This document shows positions 28,914 to 38,712 of a stretch of 64,000 nucleotides of DNA, piece by piece. Both the position numbers and the translations under genes were made by a program. The stretch is from Candidatus Spechtbacterales bacterium (GTDB taxonomy: Bacteria; Patescibacteriota; Minisyncoccia; Spechtbacterales; 2-12-FULL-38-22): positions 8,501-72,500 of the forward strand of contig JBBDXP010000012.1 of NCBI GenBank assembly GCA_040902285.1. Reading direction: 5' to 3'. How positions within the stretch are numbered: the first letter of the stretch is position 1; every line of letters begins with the position of its first letter. The notes below the pieces were generated by a model. That model had not been told where the DNA came from. It saw nothing but the letters and a program-made list of their open reading frames with translations, and searched no databases.

Positions 28914-28969
28914 TGACTCACGCGCGTGAGTCAATTTTTCTTGACCGAACGCAGAGTAAAAAGTACAAT
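28914..28969 (+). promoter_or_regulatory. Perfect 20-bp palindrome followed by a sigma70 promoter
   Basis: TGACTCACGCGCGTGAGTCA (28914-28933), then TTGACC-17-TACAAT (28941-28969). Confidence 0.6.
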
Positions 28970-29001
28970 CAGACAAGAACTTTTACAAAAAGGAGGTCCA
29001 G

Positions 29002-30933
29002 ATGGAATGGGATTATTCTCAACTCAAGCCGTCGCAAATCAAAAATGCCGCAAAAAGATGCATTTCGGAGGCACAGAATACCGTTTCTACGGTTTCGGCC
29101 GTTAAAGGAAAAAGAACTGTAGAAAATACTCTTGAGCCGCTGAATGACATGTATATCGATTTGCATAATTTGTCTCATCGCATATCAAACATACAGTATC
29201 TGCATCCGAGAAAAGACATGAGAGCCATGGCTGAAAAATGCGAACAGAGCATGGCGTTGTTTTATTCCGAACTGGGACTTAATCGCGACTTATTTGAAGC
29301 CGAAGAAGCGGTGGATGTGGAACGGGCAGATCCGGCAACAAAGCGCCTGAAAGAAAAATCCATACTTGGCTACAAAAGAGCGGGTATCGATAAAGACGAA
29401 AAAACTCGCAAGGTAATAATTGATCTTGATGCGGAATTGTCTAAAATTAGTTCGGAGTTTAGCCGAAATATAAACGAAGCGGAAAACCCCGTTACTGTTT
29501 CAGATGAAACCGCGCTGGAAGGGGTTCCGGGCAATGTGATAAGGCGTTTGCGCCGGGATGATAAAGGAAATATTGTTATAACCATGGAGTATCCGGATTA
29601 TCTGCCAGTGATGGAATTTTGCAAAAATGAAGAGGTTCGCAAAAAACTTTCTTGTGCGTCAAATACCATGGCTCCCCAAAACGAGGAAGTGTTGAGGAAA
29701 ATTTTGGTCAAACGTCTTGAAATGGCCCGTATTCTCGGATATGAGAACTGGGCCGAATATGCCGCCGAAACAAAAATGATAGGTTCGGCTGATAAAATTG
29801 CCGGTTTTATAGATTTTCTGGAGTTATCAACGCGTGATTTAGCTCAAAGAGAGGCGGAACTTATTCTTGAATATATGGCCAAAATAGGCGTGTACAAGGA
29901 TTCCATATCTTCGTGGGACAGCGCGCATTTTACCACAACTGTTAAGAAAGATATGTTTAATTATAATCCGGAGGAGTCAATGGATTACTTTCCTTATTCT
30001 AAGGTCAGGGACGGCATACTAAGTGTATACGGAGACCTGTTTGACATAGAATTTGTGCCGAATACGGATGAATCTGTCTGGCACAGATCAGTTGAATGTT
30101 ATGATGTTTTGGAAGGCGCGGGGATTATAGGGCGTATTTACTTGGATATGCACCCAAGGAACGGAAAATACGGGCATGCCGCGTGTGGAACTCTTGTTCC
30201 CGGGATTAAAGACAGACAGGTTCCGGAAATTGTCTTAATGTGTAATTTTCCGGGAGAAAATAAGTCAGATCCGGGCTTGATGCAGTTCGGACAGGTTAGA
30301 ACATTTTTCCACGAGTTCGGACATCTTCTACATAATGTCTTTGCCGGCCGGCAAAGGTGGGTGGATTATTCGGGCATATCAACCGAACGCGATTTTGTGG
30401 AAACGCCCTCCCAGCTTCTTGAGGAATGGCTGGCGGATACCGGAGTTTTGCGGCGCATCGGCAGGCATTATAAGACAAACGAACCCATTTCCTCTGAACT
30501 TGCTGAAAAACTAAGCCGTATAGGGGATTTCGGCAAAGCGTTGCATGTAAGGCGCCAAGCGTTTCTTGCCGCGGTGGCGTTTAACTTGCACATACATCCC
30601 GATCCTGAAAATCTGGATTTCGTGGAACTTTGGAAAGAAATGGAAAACAAGTATTCGCCGTATAAGCACCCGGAAGGCACGCACATGTGGACCTCGTTTG
30701 GACACCTGCATGGATACTCGTCTAATTACTATACATATATGTGGTCTCTTGTTATTGCAAAAGATCTTATGACGGGATTTAATCCTCATTTTCTTATGGA
30801 TAAAGACATGGCGTACAGATACAGAAAAGAAATTCTTGAACCCGGTGGAAGCATAGATGCCGCCGATCTTGTAAGTAATTTTTTGCAGCGTCCGTACAGC
30901 TTTAAGGCCTTTGAAAGATGGCTTAAAAGTTAA
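29002..30933 (+). CDS. M3 family oligopeptidase (thimet oligopeptidase-like)
   Basis: YLDMHPR.GK, FFHEFGH, DFVETPSQ, FGHL..Y.SNYYTYMWS; SD AGGAGG. Confidence 0.93.
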   Translation: MEWDYSQLKPSQIKNAAKRCISEAQNTVSTVSAVKGKRTVENTLEPLNDMYIDLHNLSHRISNIQYLHPRKDMRAMAEKCEQSMALFYSELGLNRDLFEAEEAVDVERADPATKRLKEKSILGYKRAGIDKDEKTRKVIIDLDAELSKISSEFSRNINEAENPVTVSDETALEGVPGNVIRRLRRDDKGNIVITMEYPDYLPVMEFCKNEEVRKKLSCASNTMAPQNEEVLRKILVKRLEMARILGYENWAEYAAETKMIGSADKIAGFIDFLELSTRDLAQREAELILEYMAKIGVYKDSISSWDSAHFTTTVKKDMFNYNPEESMDYFPYSKVRDGILSVYGDLFDIEFVPNTDESVWHRSVECYDVLEGAGIIGRIYLDMHPRNGKYGHAACGTLVPGIKDRQVPEIVLMCNFPGENKSDPGLMQFGQVRTFFHEFGHLLHNVFAGRQRWVDYSGISTERDFVETPSQLLEEWLADTGVLRRIGRHYKTNEPISSELAEKLSRIGDFGKALHVRRQAFLAAVAFNLHIHPDPENLDFVELWKEMENKYSPYKHPEGTHMWTSFGHLHGYSSNYYTYMWSLVIAKDLMTGFNPHFLMDKDMAYRYRKEILEPGGSIDAADLVSNFLQRPYSFKAFERWLKS

Positions 30934-30945
30934 ACTTATGTACTT

Positions 30946-30972
30946 TAAAAACCCCTCAAACGAGGGGTTTTA
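30946..30972. terminator. Bidirectional terminator
   Basis: AAAACCCCTC-AAAC-GAGGGGTTTT between convergent genes. Confidence 0.75.
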
Positions 30973-31000
30973 TTGTATTGTTTTAAACACAATAATTTAA

Positions 31001-31600
31001 TTAGCGCGCTATAGGTTCTGGAGACCTATTCTTGTTTGTCTTGATAAAATCAATAATTGCCGTTTCGTCAAAATTTTCAAGATTTTGGAGCCGTCCCCAT
31101 GAAGCCAGGGCAATTTTTGAATCGTTGGCAGAACGGGGGGTAATAATTACGCTTCCGGGGTATTTTTTTCCTATAGCGGCAAGTTTTGCCTTTGTATCCT
31201 CATCAATATCTTTATAAGAAATCCAAATTCCGCCGTGCTCTAAGTTGTGTATTAGTTGTTCGTCCGGTAATTCCCTGTCATATACGCCCCATTCAGCGGG
31301 GCTCCCATAATGCCACCCCGAAGTTGGAGGATTTGAGTTATAGTCGGGATGCGATGCCCCGACCTCAATATGCTCTTCACCCAAAATAGAATAAGATTGC
31401 CCGGGCCTTTCTTTCTCCGCCTTAGAAGCCAAAAGAATAAGGCCGTATATTGAGGATCCGATAACCAAAAGACCTATCAACCATAGGGATATTTTTTTAA
31501 AAGTGCGCTTTCTGAGTTCGCCTTCGGCAAATTTTTGCTTTTCTTGGCGTCGCAGTCCTCGGCGCTCCCATTTGCTCAATTGTTGCGGTTGATTGTCCAT
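31001..31600 (-). CDS. DUF3105-like membrane-anchored protein
   Basis: YNSNPPTSGWH, IHNLEHGGIWISY, IALASWG, SPE. Confidence 0.8.
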   Translation of the reverse strand: MDNQPQQLSKWERRGLRRQEKQKFAEGELRKRTFKKISLWLIGLLVIGSSIYGLILLASKAEKERPGQSYSILGEEHIEVGASHPDYNSNPPTSGWHYGSPAEWGVYDRELPDEQLIHNLEHGGIWISYKDIDEDTKAKLAAIGKKYPGSVIITPRSANDSKIALASWGRLQNLENFDETAIIDFIKTNKNRSPEPIAR

Positions 31601-31632
31601 AACTAATTACAATTTATGTGTTAATTTTTAAA

Positions 31633-31874
31633 AAAGCAGTTTGCCTGCTTGCCCGGCTGCACTTCGTTTGTCGGAGCGCCGGGGCTTGGCGTCAAGTTGC
31701 TAAATTCGCTTCGCTCATTAAGCACTTCCTGCCCGGCCTCGCCTGTGTCTCCCGCCTGCGCCGAGGCTTCGGCGGGCAGGTCGGCACATGGCTCCGGCTT
31801 TCAAGCCCGGACGCAGGCAAAGCAGTTTGCCTGCTCGCCCGACCGCACTTCGTTTGTCGGAGCGCCGGGGCTTG
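31633..31874. repeat. 56-bp direct repeat (53/56 identical, period 186 bp) containing the tRNA-Pro 3' end
   Basis: 31633-31688 versus 31819-31874. Confidence 0.85.
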
Positions 31875-31927
31875 AACCCGGTTCGCATGACCCCCAGCCA
31901 TGCATAATACCCATATACTACGCTCCG
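31857..31927 (-). tRNA. tRNA-Pro(GGG), CCA not encoded
   Basis: Acceptor CGGAGCG/CGCTCCG, anticodon loop CTGGGGG, T-loop GTTCAAG. Confidence 0.92.
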
Positions 31928-31946
31928 AATATAGAATCTTAAAATC

Positions 31947-32147
31947 CTAGGCCTTTGCCGCCGGGGTTTTGGACGCTGTTTTCATACAGCGGGTGCAAAC
32001 ACGAATGCGGGATCCGTCTTCAAGCCGCATCCACTGAAGGTTCGGGTATTTTCTTTTTTTAACGGTAGGGTTATAATGCCCACGAAGAAGCTTCCTTTTC
32101 CACTCTATTTTAGAGGTTTTACCGCATTTTTTACATTCTCTAGCCAT
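31947..32147 (-). CDS. rpmB: 50S ribosomal protein L28
   Basis: MARECKKCGK...PNLQ...RVCTRCMK. Confidence 0.9.
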   Translation of the reverse strand: MARECKKCGKTSKIEWKRKLLRGHYNPTVKKRKYPNLQWMRLEDGSRIRVCTRCMKTASKTPAAKA

Positions 32148-32176
32148 AAAACTATAATTTAAATAATCAACTTGTT

Positions 32177-32211
32177 AGGAGTGTGAGGTACGAACAGAAT
32201 CTCACACTCCT
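32177..32211. repeat. 11-bp stem hairpin in the rpmB leader, related to the hairpin at 60879-60903
   Basis: AGGAGTGTGAG...CTCACACTCCT. Confidence 0.5.
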
Positions 32212-32243
32212 GAGTATACTCAACTTTTAATTTTTTTTCAAGT

Positions 32244-32894
32244 ATGGATATTGTTTCATTCGTAATATTTATCAGCGTGCTTATATTTTCGGTGGTTCTT
32301 CACGAGGTCTCGCATGGAGCCGTTGCTTATAAACTGGGAGATAATACGGCAAAAATGATGGGCCGTCTAACGCTTAACCCTTTGCCGCACATTGATTTGC
32401 TCGGCTCAATAATAGTTCCTTTGGTTATGGCCATACCGGCGCTTTTTGGTGGACCGGCTATAATATTCGGCTGGGCAAAGCCCGTTCCCTACAACCCTTA
32501 TAATTTAAGGTATAAAAAATGGGGCCCAGCTCTTGTAGGTATCGCGGGACCCGCGACCAACATATCTTTAGCCGTTGTTGCCGGCCTGCTTATTAGATTG
32601 TTTCCCCAGGTAATTTATGACCCCAATCTTTTGGGAGCAGGACTTGTTCTATTTGTAGTCGCGTATCTTAATATAATACTTGCCATTTTTAATTTAGTGC
32701 CTATACCTCCTCTGGACGGTTCAAAACTTTTGTTTTCATTGTTTCCTTTGTCCGCGCAAACAAAATATTTTTTAGAAAGGAACGGTTTTTTATTTCTCTT
32801 ATTGTTTATATTTTTTGGTTTTCAATTAATAGTTCCAATAATAAGATTTCTATTCACTTTTATTACCGGAATAGATATTAGCGCCGCCTTATAG
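32244..32894 (+). CDS. Site-2 protease family (M50) membrane metalloprotease
   Basis: HEVSH, GWAKPVP, AGP, FNLVPIPPLDG. Confidence 0.92.
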   Translation: MDIVSFVIFISVLIFSVVLHEVSHGAVAYKLGDNTAKMMGRLTLNPLPHIDLLGSIIVPLVMAIPALFGGPAIIFGWAKPVPYNPYNLRYKKWGPALVGIAGPATNISLAVVAGLLIRLFPQVIYDPNLLGAGLVLFVVAYLNIILAIFNLVPIPPLDGSKLLFSLFPLSAQTKYFLERNGFLFLLLFIFFGFQLIVPIIRFLFTFITGIDISAAL

Positions 32895-32961
32895 GAATGT
32901 TTGACAAAGAGAGACGTTTTATAATAGATTATTAAAGGTGTGAAGATTCACATCTTTCAAC

Positions 32962-33378
32962 ATGCCGACTATAAACCAACTTATAAAAAGAAAAAGAAAA
33001 GATCCTCTGAAAAAGAAAAACACCCCGGCCCTAGGCCGAGGTTTTAATGAACTCAAAAATAAACCAGCCAGATATAACAGCCCTTTCAAAAGAGGGGTAT
33101 GCACTCGTGTTACCACGGTAACTCCCAAAAAGCCGAACTCCGCTCTCCGTAAAGTGGCGAGGGTTCGCCTTACCAACGGAATGGAGGTCACAGCATATAT
33201 CCCGGGAGAGGGGCACAATCTTCAAGAGCACGCGGTTGTCTTGCTAAGAGGCGGAAGAGTAAAGGATTTGCCCGGTGTGCGTTACACGATAGTCAGGGGT
33301 GTTTTAGACACGGCAGGCGTGGAAGGCCGTAGAAACGAGCGTTCTAAGTATGGAGCCAAGAGGCCCAAAGCAGAATAA
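32962..33378 (+). CDS. rpsL: 30S ribosomal protein S12
   Basis: [24 protein letters not shown]. Confidence 0.98.
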   Translation: MPTINQLIKRKRKDPLKKKNTPALGRGFNELKNKPARYNSPFKRGVCTRVTTVTPKKPNSALRKVARVRLTNGMEVTAYIPGEGHNLQEHAVVLLRGGRVKDLPGVRYTIVRGVLDTAGVEGRRNERSKYGAKRPKAE

Positions 33379-33380
33379 AG

Positions 33381-33851
33381 ATGAGAAGGAATACAAAAAT
33401 ACCAAAAAGAATACTTCAGCCGGATCACAAATACAACAATCCGGCCGTAACGAAGTTTATTAATTATATTATGTTGGACGGCAAAAAATCCGTGGCTACA
33501 AGTGTGGTGTACGGCGCTTTTGATATTATCGCAAAAAAAACTAAAAAAGACCCTTTAGATGTATTTGACGAAGCTCTTAAGAATATATCTCCGGCGCTTG
33601 AAGTAAAATCAAAAAGAGTGGGAGGAGCCAATTACCAGGTTCCGATGCCGGTAAGGGGAGACAGAAGGATAATGCTCGCGATGCGCTGGCTTAGGGATTC
33701 CGCCCGCGCCAAAACAGGAAAGAGCACGGCCGAAATACTAGCCCAAGAATTAATGGATGCTGCCAAAAACGAAGGAGACGCAATTAAAAAGAAAGAAAAT
33801 ACTGAGCGTATGGCTCGCGCGAATCGCGCCTTCGCTCATTTTGCCCGATAG
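33381..33851 (+). CDS. rpsG: 30S ribosomal protein S7
   Basis: [18 protein letters not shown]. Confidence 0.98.
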   Translation: MRRNTKIPKRILQPDHKYNNPAVTKFINYIMLDGKKSVATSVVYGAFDIIAKKTKKDPLDVFDEALKNISPALEVKSKRVGGANYQVPMPVRGDRRIMLAMRWLRDSARAKTGKSTAEILAQELMDAAKNEGDAIKKKENTERMARANRAFAHFAR

Positions 33852-33856
33852 CAGCT

Positions 33857-35959
33857 ATGGCCAGAGAGTACCCACTTGAAAAAGTAAGAAACATCGGGAT
33901 AATCGCCCATATAGACGCCGGTAAAACCACGGTTACCGAAAGAGTTTTGTTCTACACGGGAATTTCTCACAAGATAGGCGAGGTGCATGAAGGACAAGCG
34001 ATAATGGATTGGATGGAGCAGGAAAGGGAGCGGGGAATTACAATAACATCTGCCGCCACGACCGCATTTTGGACTCCGACCTATCTTCCGCAGGAGCAGG
34101 AAAATAAACACAGAATAAATATTATAGATACTCCCGGACATGTTGACTTTACCGTAGAGGTAGAGCGTTCTTTGCGTGTTTTAGACGGAGGAGTTGTTGT
34201 ATTTGACGGGGTTGCGGGCGTTGAGCCGCAGAGCGAAACGGTTTGGCGCCAGGCGGACAAATACGAAGTTCCGCGGGTTTGTTTTATAAACAAAATGGAC
34301 AGAATGGGCGCGAGTTTTGAAAAAAGTTATCAGTCCATACTGGATCGGTTGACCCCTAACGCTATACCCGTACAGATTCCCGTAGGCGCGGAGAGCGAAT
34401 TTAACGGTGTAATAGATCTTTTAACAATGGAATGGATAAGAAGTGAGGGAGATCACGGAGAACTCGTAGTAAAAGAGAGCATTCCCGATGATTTAAAAGA
34501 AAAAGCGCAAAAAATTCGGGAAGAATTAGTGGAAAAAGTTGCCGAGCAGGACGACCTTTTAACAGAAAAATATCTTGCGGGCGAAGAAATATCGGTTGAT
34601 GAATTGCGCGGCGCGCTTAGAAAATCGACCATAGAAAATAAAATTATACCCGTTTTGTGCGGTTCCGCGCTTAAAAACCAAGGCGTGCAAACAATGCTGG
34701 ATGCGGTGGTGGAATTTTTGCCCAGCCCTCTGGAAGTTAAAGTTGTCGAAGGAGAAGATCCCAAAACAGGAGAAGTAATAAAGGTTAAGGTTGCCGACGA
34801 AGAACCGTTTGCCGCTTTGGCATTTAAAGTCGCGACGGACCCGTATGTCGGCCAGCTGGTTTATTTTAGGATATATTCAGGAACGGTAGAGGCGGGTTCT
34901 TATCTTTTAAACACATCTACCGGTGAAAAAGAAAGATTAAGCAGAATAGTTCGCATGCATGCAAATCACAGAGAAGAAGTGGATAAATTATACGCGGGCG
35001 ACATTGCCGCTGCCGTGGGCCTCAAAGCTACTACTACAGGGGACACGCTATCTGACCCGGATCGCCCGGTACTGCTTGAAAAAATCACATTTCCCGAGCC
35101 GGTAATTTCGGTAAGAATCGAGCCCAAAACCAAAGCAGACCAGGATAAAATGGGTATTGCTCTGCGCCGTCTTGGCGAAGAGGACCCTACATTCCGAATA
35201 AGTTCTGATGATGAGACCGGAGAAACTATAATTTCCGGCATGGGAGAACTGCATTTGGAAGTTATCGTGGACAGAATGAAAAGAGAATTCAAGGTGGAGG
35301 CAAATGTGGGAAGGCCTCAGGTTGCCTATAGGGAAACCATACGTTCTATGGCTGAAGCCGAAGGCAAATACATAAGGCAATCCGGCGGAAGGGGACAATA
35401 CGGACATGTGTGGATAAGAATAGAGCCAATGGAACCCGGTGGAGGATTTGAATTTGTGGATGAAATAAAAGGCGGAACTATACCTCAAGAGTTTATACCT
35501 CCGGTGGAAAAAGGTGTTAAGGAGGCCTTGCAAAAAGGCGTTGTGGCCGGATACCCGGTGGTTGATGTGCGCGCCACGCTGTATGATGGCTCTTTCCACG
35601 ATGTCGACTCTTCTGAAGCTGCATTTAAAATAGCCGGATCTATTGCTATTCAGGAGTCGGCTAAAAAAGCCAACCCGGTTCTTCTTGAACCTATAATGAG
35701 TGTGGAAGTTTCTATTCCGGAGGATTATCTTGGAGATGTAAGCGGAGATCTCAGCTCAAGGCGCGGCCGGATAGGAGAAATGGGTGAGAGGGGAATATTA
35801 AAGACCGTAAGCGCTAAAGTGCCTTTGGCTGAAATGTTCGGCTATACTACAGAATTAAGATCTATGACTCAAGGAAGAGGCACCGCATCAATGGAATTTA
35901 GTCATTATGAAGAAGTTCCGCAGAGCGTAGCCAAACAAATAATAGAAATGAGGAGCTAA
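33857..35959 (+). CDS. fusA: Elongation factor G
   Basis: [31 protein letters not shown]. Confidence 0.99.
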   Translation: MAREYPLEKVRNIGIIAHIDAGKTTVTERVLFYTGISHKIGEVHEGQAIMDWMEQERERGITITSAATTAFWTPTYLPQEQENKHRINIIDTPGHVDFTVEVERSLRVLDGGVVVFDGVAGVEPQSETVWRQADKYEVPRVCFINKMDRMGASFEKSYQSILDRLTPNAIPVQIPVGAESEFNGVIDLLTMEWIRSEGDHGELVVKESIPDDLKEKAQKIREELVEKVAEQDDLLTEKYLAGEEISVDELRGALRKSTIENKIIPVLCGSALKNQGVQTMLDAVVEFLPSPLEVKVVEGEDPKTGEVIKVKVADEEPFAALAFKVATDPYVGQLVYFRIYSGTVEAGSYLLNTSTGEKERLSRIVRMHANHREEVDKLYAGDIAAAVGLKATTTGDTLSDPDRPVLLEKITFPEPVISVRIEPKTKADQDKMGIALRRLGEEDPTFRISSDDETGETIISGMGELHLEVIVDRMKREFKVEANVGRPQVAYRETIRSMAEAEGKYIRQSGGRGQYGHVWIRIEPMEPGGGFEFVDEIKGGTIPQEFIPPVEKGVKEALQKGVVAGYPVVDVRATLYDGSFHDVDSSEAAFKIAGSIAIQESAKKANPVLLEPIMSVEVSIPEDYLGDVSGDLSSRRGRIGEMGERGILKTVSAKVPLAEMFGYTTELRSMTQGRGTASMEFSHYEEVPQSVAKQIIEMRS

Positions 35960-35960
35960 T

Positions 35961-36293
35961 ATGTGGGATTCAATTAAAAAACTATTAAAAACAAACAAAG
36001 ACAAAGCCGTTTTAATGGAAAACGGAGAGCCAAAATATGTTATTTTATCTGTTGATGAATACCTGAAACTTAGCGGCGAAGCGCCTGCTCAAAACCGAGA
36101 TACTCCTGAGCCGGAAGAAGTTTTTACCGATTATTACGAAAATGAAGATTTTAATTTTACCGACGCAATGCAGGATGAACTGGCCTCTGATATTGATCTT
36201 TCAGACATAGAAACGCAAAATCCTTCTGAATATCAGAGTATTGCGGATGAAAATCCGGGTTCTATAAGTTTGGACGATCTGCCAATTTCTTGA
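35961..36293 (+). CDS. Hypothetical protein with Phd/YefM-like N-terminus and acidic tail
   Basis: AVLMENGEPKYVILSVDEY resembles the Phd/YefM beta-strand motif. Confidence 0.6.
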   Translation: MWDSIKKLLKTNKDKAVLMENGEPKYVILSVDEYLKLSGEAPAQNRDTPEPEEVFTDYYENEDFNFTDAMQDELASDIDLSDIETQNPSEYQSIADENPGSISLDDLPIS

Positions 36294-36320
36294 CATGTAA
36301 GATAAGTAATGTAAAATAAA

Positions 36321-36360
36321 CTTTGTGTCTTTGTAAAAAGCTTTGTATCTTTGTAAAAAG
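36321..36360. repeat. 20-bp tandem duplication in the tuf leader
   Basis: CTTTGTGTCTTTGTAAAAAG CTTTGTATCTTTGTAAAAAG, just after TTGACA-16-TAAAAT (36290-36317). Confidence 0.75.
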
Positions 36361-36422
36361 TTAAACAAAAATTAATATTAAATTTTGAGGCCGCAATGAC
36401 GCCTCGCGATTAATAAAAACTT

Positions 36423-37619
36423 ATGGCAGAAAAATTCGAAAGAACAAAACCACACGTTAATGTCGGAACCATAGGCCATGTTGACCATGGTAAAACCACC
36501 CTTACCGCGGCTATTCTAAAATATGTCCAGTTGAAGGGGTGGAAAGGTTCTAAAAAGGAAGTTGAGCAGATAGATGCCGCCCCGGAAGAAAAAGAAAGGG
36601 GTATTACAATAGCCCTGGCGCATGTCGAATATGAAACAGAAAACCGCCACTATGCCCACATAGACGCTCCCGGACATGCCGATTATATTAAAAACATGAT
36701 TACCGGTGCCGCTCAAATGGACGGTGCTATCTTGGTTGTATCGGCCGCGGATGGGCCAATGCCTCAAACCAGGGAACATATTCTTTTGGCTCGCCAGATT
36801 GGAGTACCGAATGTAATTGTATTTTTGAACAAAGTTGACCAGGTTGATGACCCTGAACTTATTGACCTTGTGGAAGCGGAAGTGCGCGAACTTCTCTCAA
36901 AATATGAATATGATGGGGACAATGTACCTGTTGTAAGGGGTTCCGCTTTGCAGGCGCTAAATGCGTCAAGTGCTGATGAAGATGCGGCAAAGCCGATAGG
37001 AGAACTTCTAAAAGCTCTTGATGAATATATTCCCGTGCCCGAAAGAGATGTGGACAAGCCGTTTCTTATGCCTGTTGAAGATGTGTTTTCCATTGAAGGC
37101 CGCGGTACGGTTTCTACCGGCAGGATTGAAAGAGGAAAAGTAAAAGTAGGAGAAGAAGTGGAAATAGTAGGAATGAAAGAGGCGGTTTCCAAAACTGCCG
37201 TAACAGGAGTTGAGATGTTCAATAAACAGCTTGACGAAGGAATGGCCGGAGATAATGTCGGTTTGCTGTTGAGAGGTCTTAAAAAAGATGATATTGAAAG
37301 AGGGCAGGTATTGGCGGTTCCCGGATCGGTGACTCCGCACACAGAATTTGAGGCGGAAGTTTATGTGTTGAAAAAAGAAGAAGGAGGCCGCCACACACCT
37401 TTCTTTACAGGATACAAGCCGCAGTTTTATCTTCGCACAACGGATGTTACAGGAGATGTTACTCTTCCGGAAGGCACAGAAATGGTTATGCCCGGAGACA
37501 CGGTGACATTTTCGGCAAAATTGGTTGTACCGGTAGCGCTTGAGGAAAAACAGCGTTTTGCCATCAGAGAAGGAGGAAAGACGGTTGGCGCGGGAGTTGT
37601 GACCAAGATTACAAAATAA
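36423..37619 (+). CDS. tuf: Elongation factor Tu
   Basis: [31 protein letters not shown]. Confidence 0.99.
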   Translation: MAEKFERTKPHVNVGTIGHVDHGKTTLTAAILKYVQLKGWKGSKKEVEQIDAAPEEKERGITIALAHVEYETENRHYAHIDAPGHADYIKNMITGAAQMDGAILVVSAADGPMPQTREHILLARQIGVPNVIVFLNKVDQVDDPELIDLVEAEVRELLSKYEYDGDNVPVVRGSALQALNASSADEDAAKPIGELLKALDEYIPVPERDVDKPFLMPVEDVFSIEGRGTVSTGRIERGKVKVGEEVEIVGMKEAVSKTAVTGVEMFNKQLDEGMAGDNVGLLLRGLKKDDIERGQVLAVPGSVTPHTEFEAEVYVLKKEEGGRHTPFFTGYKPQFYLRTTDVTGDVTLPEGTEMVMPGDTVTFSAKLVVPVALEEKQRFAIREGGKTVGAGVVTKITK

Positions 37620-37644
37620 TTTTTAAAAGTTCCAGCACATTTAC

Positions 37645-37992
37645 ATGGCAAATGCGTCGGTAGCTAAACAAAAGAGCAAGGAAGAAGTAAAGCAGAGAAT
37701 CAGGATAAAGATCAAATCCTATGACCACCAGGTCATCGATTCGAGCGTTAAGCAGATATTGGATACAGCTATGCGTTACGGGGCCGACATAAAAGGTCCT
37801 GTGCCTTTACCGACAGAAATCAAAAAATACACAATTAACCGCTCTACATTTGTTCACAAAGATTCTAGAGACCAGGTTGAAATGCGTATCCACAAAAGAT
37901 TGATTGATATATACAACCCCTCAGGACAGCTGATAGACGCACTGATGGATTTGAACCTTCCGGCGGGAGTGGATATTGAGGTCAAAATGTAA
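37645..37992 (+). CDS. rpsJ: 30S ribosomal protein S10
   Basis: [24 protein letters not shown]. Confidence 0.97.
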   Translation: MANASVAKQKSKEEVKQRIRIKIKSYDHQVIDSSVKQILDTAMRYGADIKGPVPLPTEIKKYTINRSTFVHKDSRDQVEMRIHKRLIDIYNPSGQLIDALMDLNLPAGVDIEVKM

Positions 37993-38005
37993 ATGCAAAA
38001 AACAG

Positions 38006-38053
38006 TTCGCAAAAAATTTGTGTCCGCAAAAACGGGCACAAATTTTTTGCGAA
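38006..38053. repeat. 21-bp stem hairpin between rpsJ and rplC
   Basis: TTCGCAAAAAATTTGTGTCCG-CAAAAA-CGGGCACAAATTTTTTGCGAA. Confidence 0.7.
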
Positions 38054-38084
38054 AGGAACAGCTTATATGTGTTCCGCCAATTCC

Positions 38085-38708
38085 ATGAAATTTATTTTAG
38101 GCAAAAAAATTGGAATGACTCAGGTTTTCAGCAAAGACGGACATGTTAAGCCGGTAACTTTGGTTGAAGCCGGTCCTGCCGTTGTAACTCAAGTTCTTAC
38201 CGATGAGAAAAACGGATACAGCGCTGTCCAGTTGGGTTACGGAAAAAAGAAATTGAACAACCCCCAGAAGGGGCATTTAAAAGATTTTGTTGATAAACAT
38301 GGCAGTGGATTCGCGTATTTGAGAGAATTCAGGATTAGTGAAGAAAATAAATTCAATAAAGGAGATTCTTTGGATGCAAGCCAATTTGAAATAGGAGAAA
38401 AGGTTGCGGTTAGCGCTGTTACTAAGGGAAAGGGATTCCAGGGAGTTGTGAAACGCTGGAACTTCAAGGGAGGTCCAAAAACGCACGGCCAGAAGCATAC
38501 CTTAAGAACACCGGGTTCAATCGGCTCCGCTTTTCCGCAAAGAGTGTTCAAGGGATTGAAAATGGCGGGAAGAATGGGAGGAAAAAGAAAAACCACAAAA
38601 AATCTTCAAATAGCATACATAGACAAAGAACAGAATATAATCGGCCTTAAAGGAGCTGTTCCCGGAAATGCCGGAACAGTGGTGGAAATTATAAAGGCGG
38701 AGAAATAA
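38085..38708 (+). CDS. rplC: 50S ribosomal protein L3
   Basis: GKKIGMTQ, KGKGFQGVVKR, KMAGRMG. Confidence 0.98.
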   Translation: MKFILGKKIGMTQVFSKDGHVKPVTLVEAGPAVVTQVLTDEKNGYSAVQLGYGKKKLNNPQKGHLKDFVDKHGSGFAYLREFRISEENKFNKGDSLDASQFEIGEKVAVSAVTKGKGFQGVVKRWNFKGGPKTHGQKHTLRTPGSIGSAFPQRVFKGLKMAGRMGGKRKTTKNLQIAYIDKEQNIIGLKGAVPGNAGTVVEIIKAEK

Positions 38709-38712
38709 TTTT

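Noticed and set aside
31618-31942. ORFs 31618-31875, 31649-31942 and 31692-31901
   Set aside because: They overlap the tRNA and GC-rich repeats and show no protein motifs.
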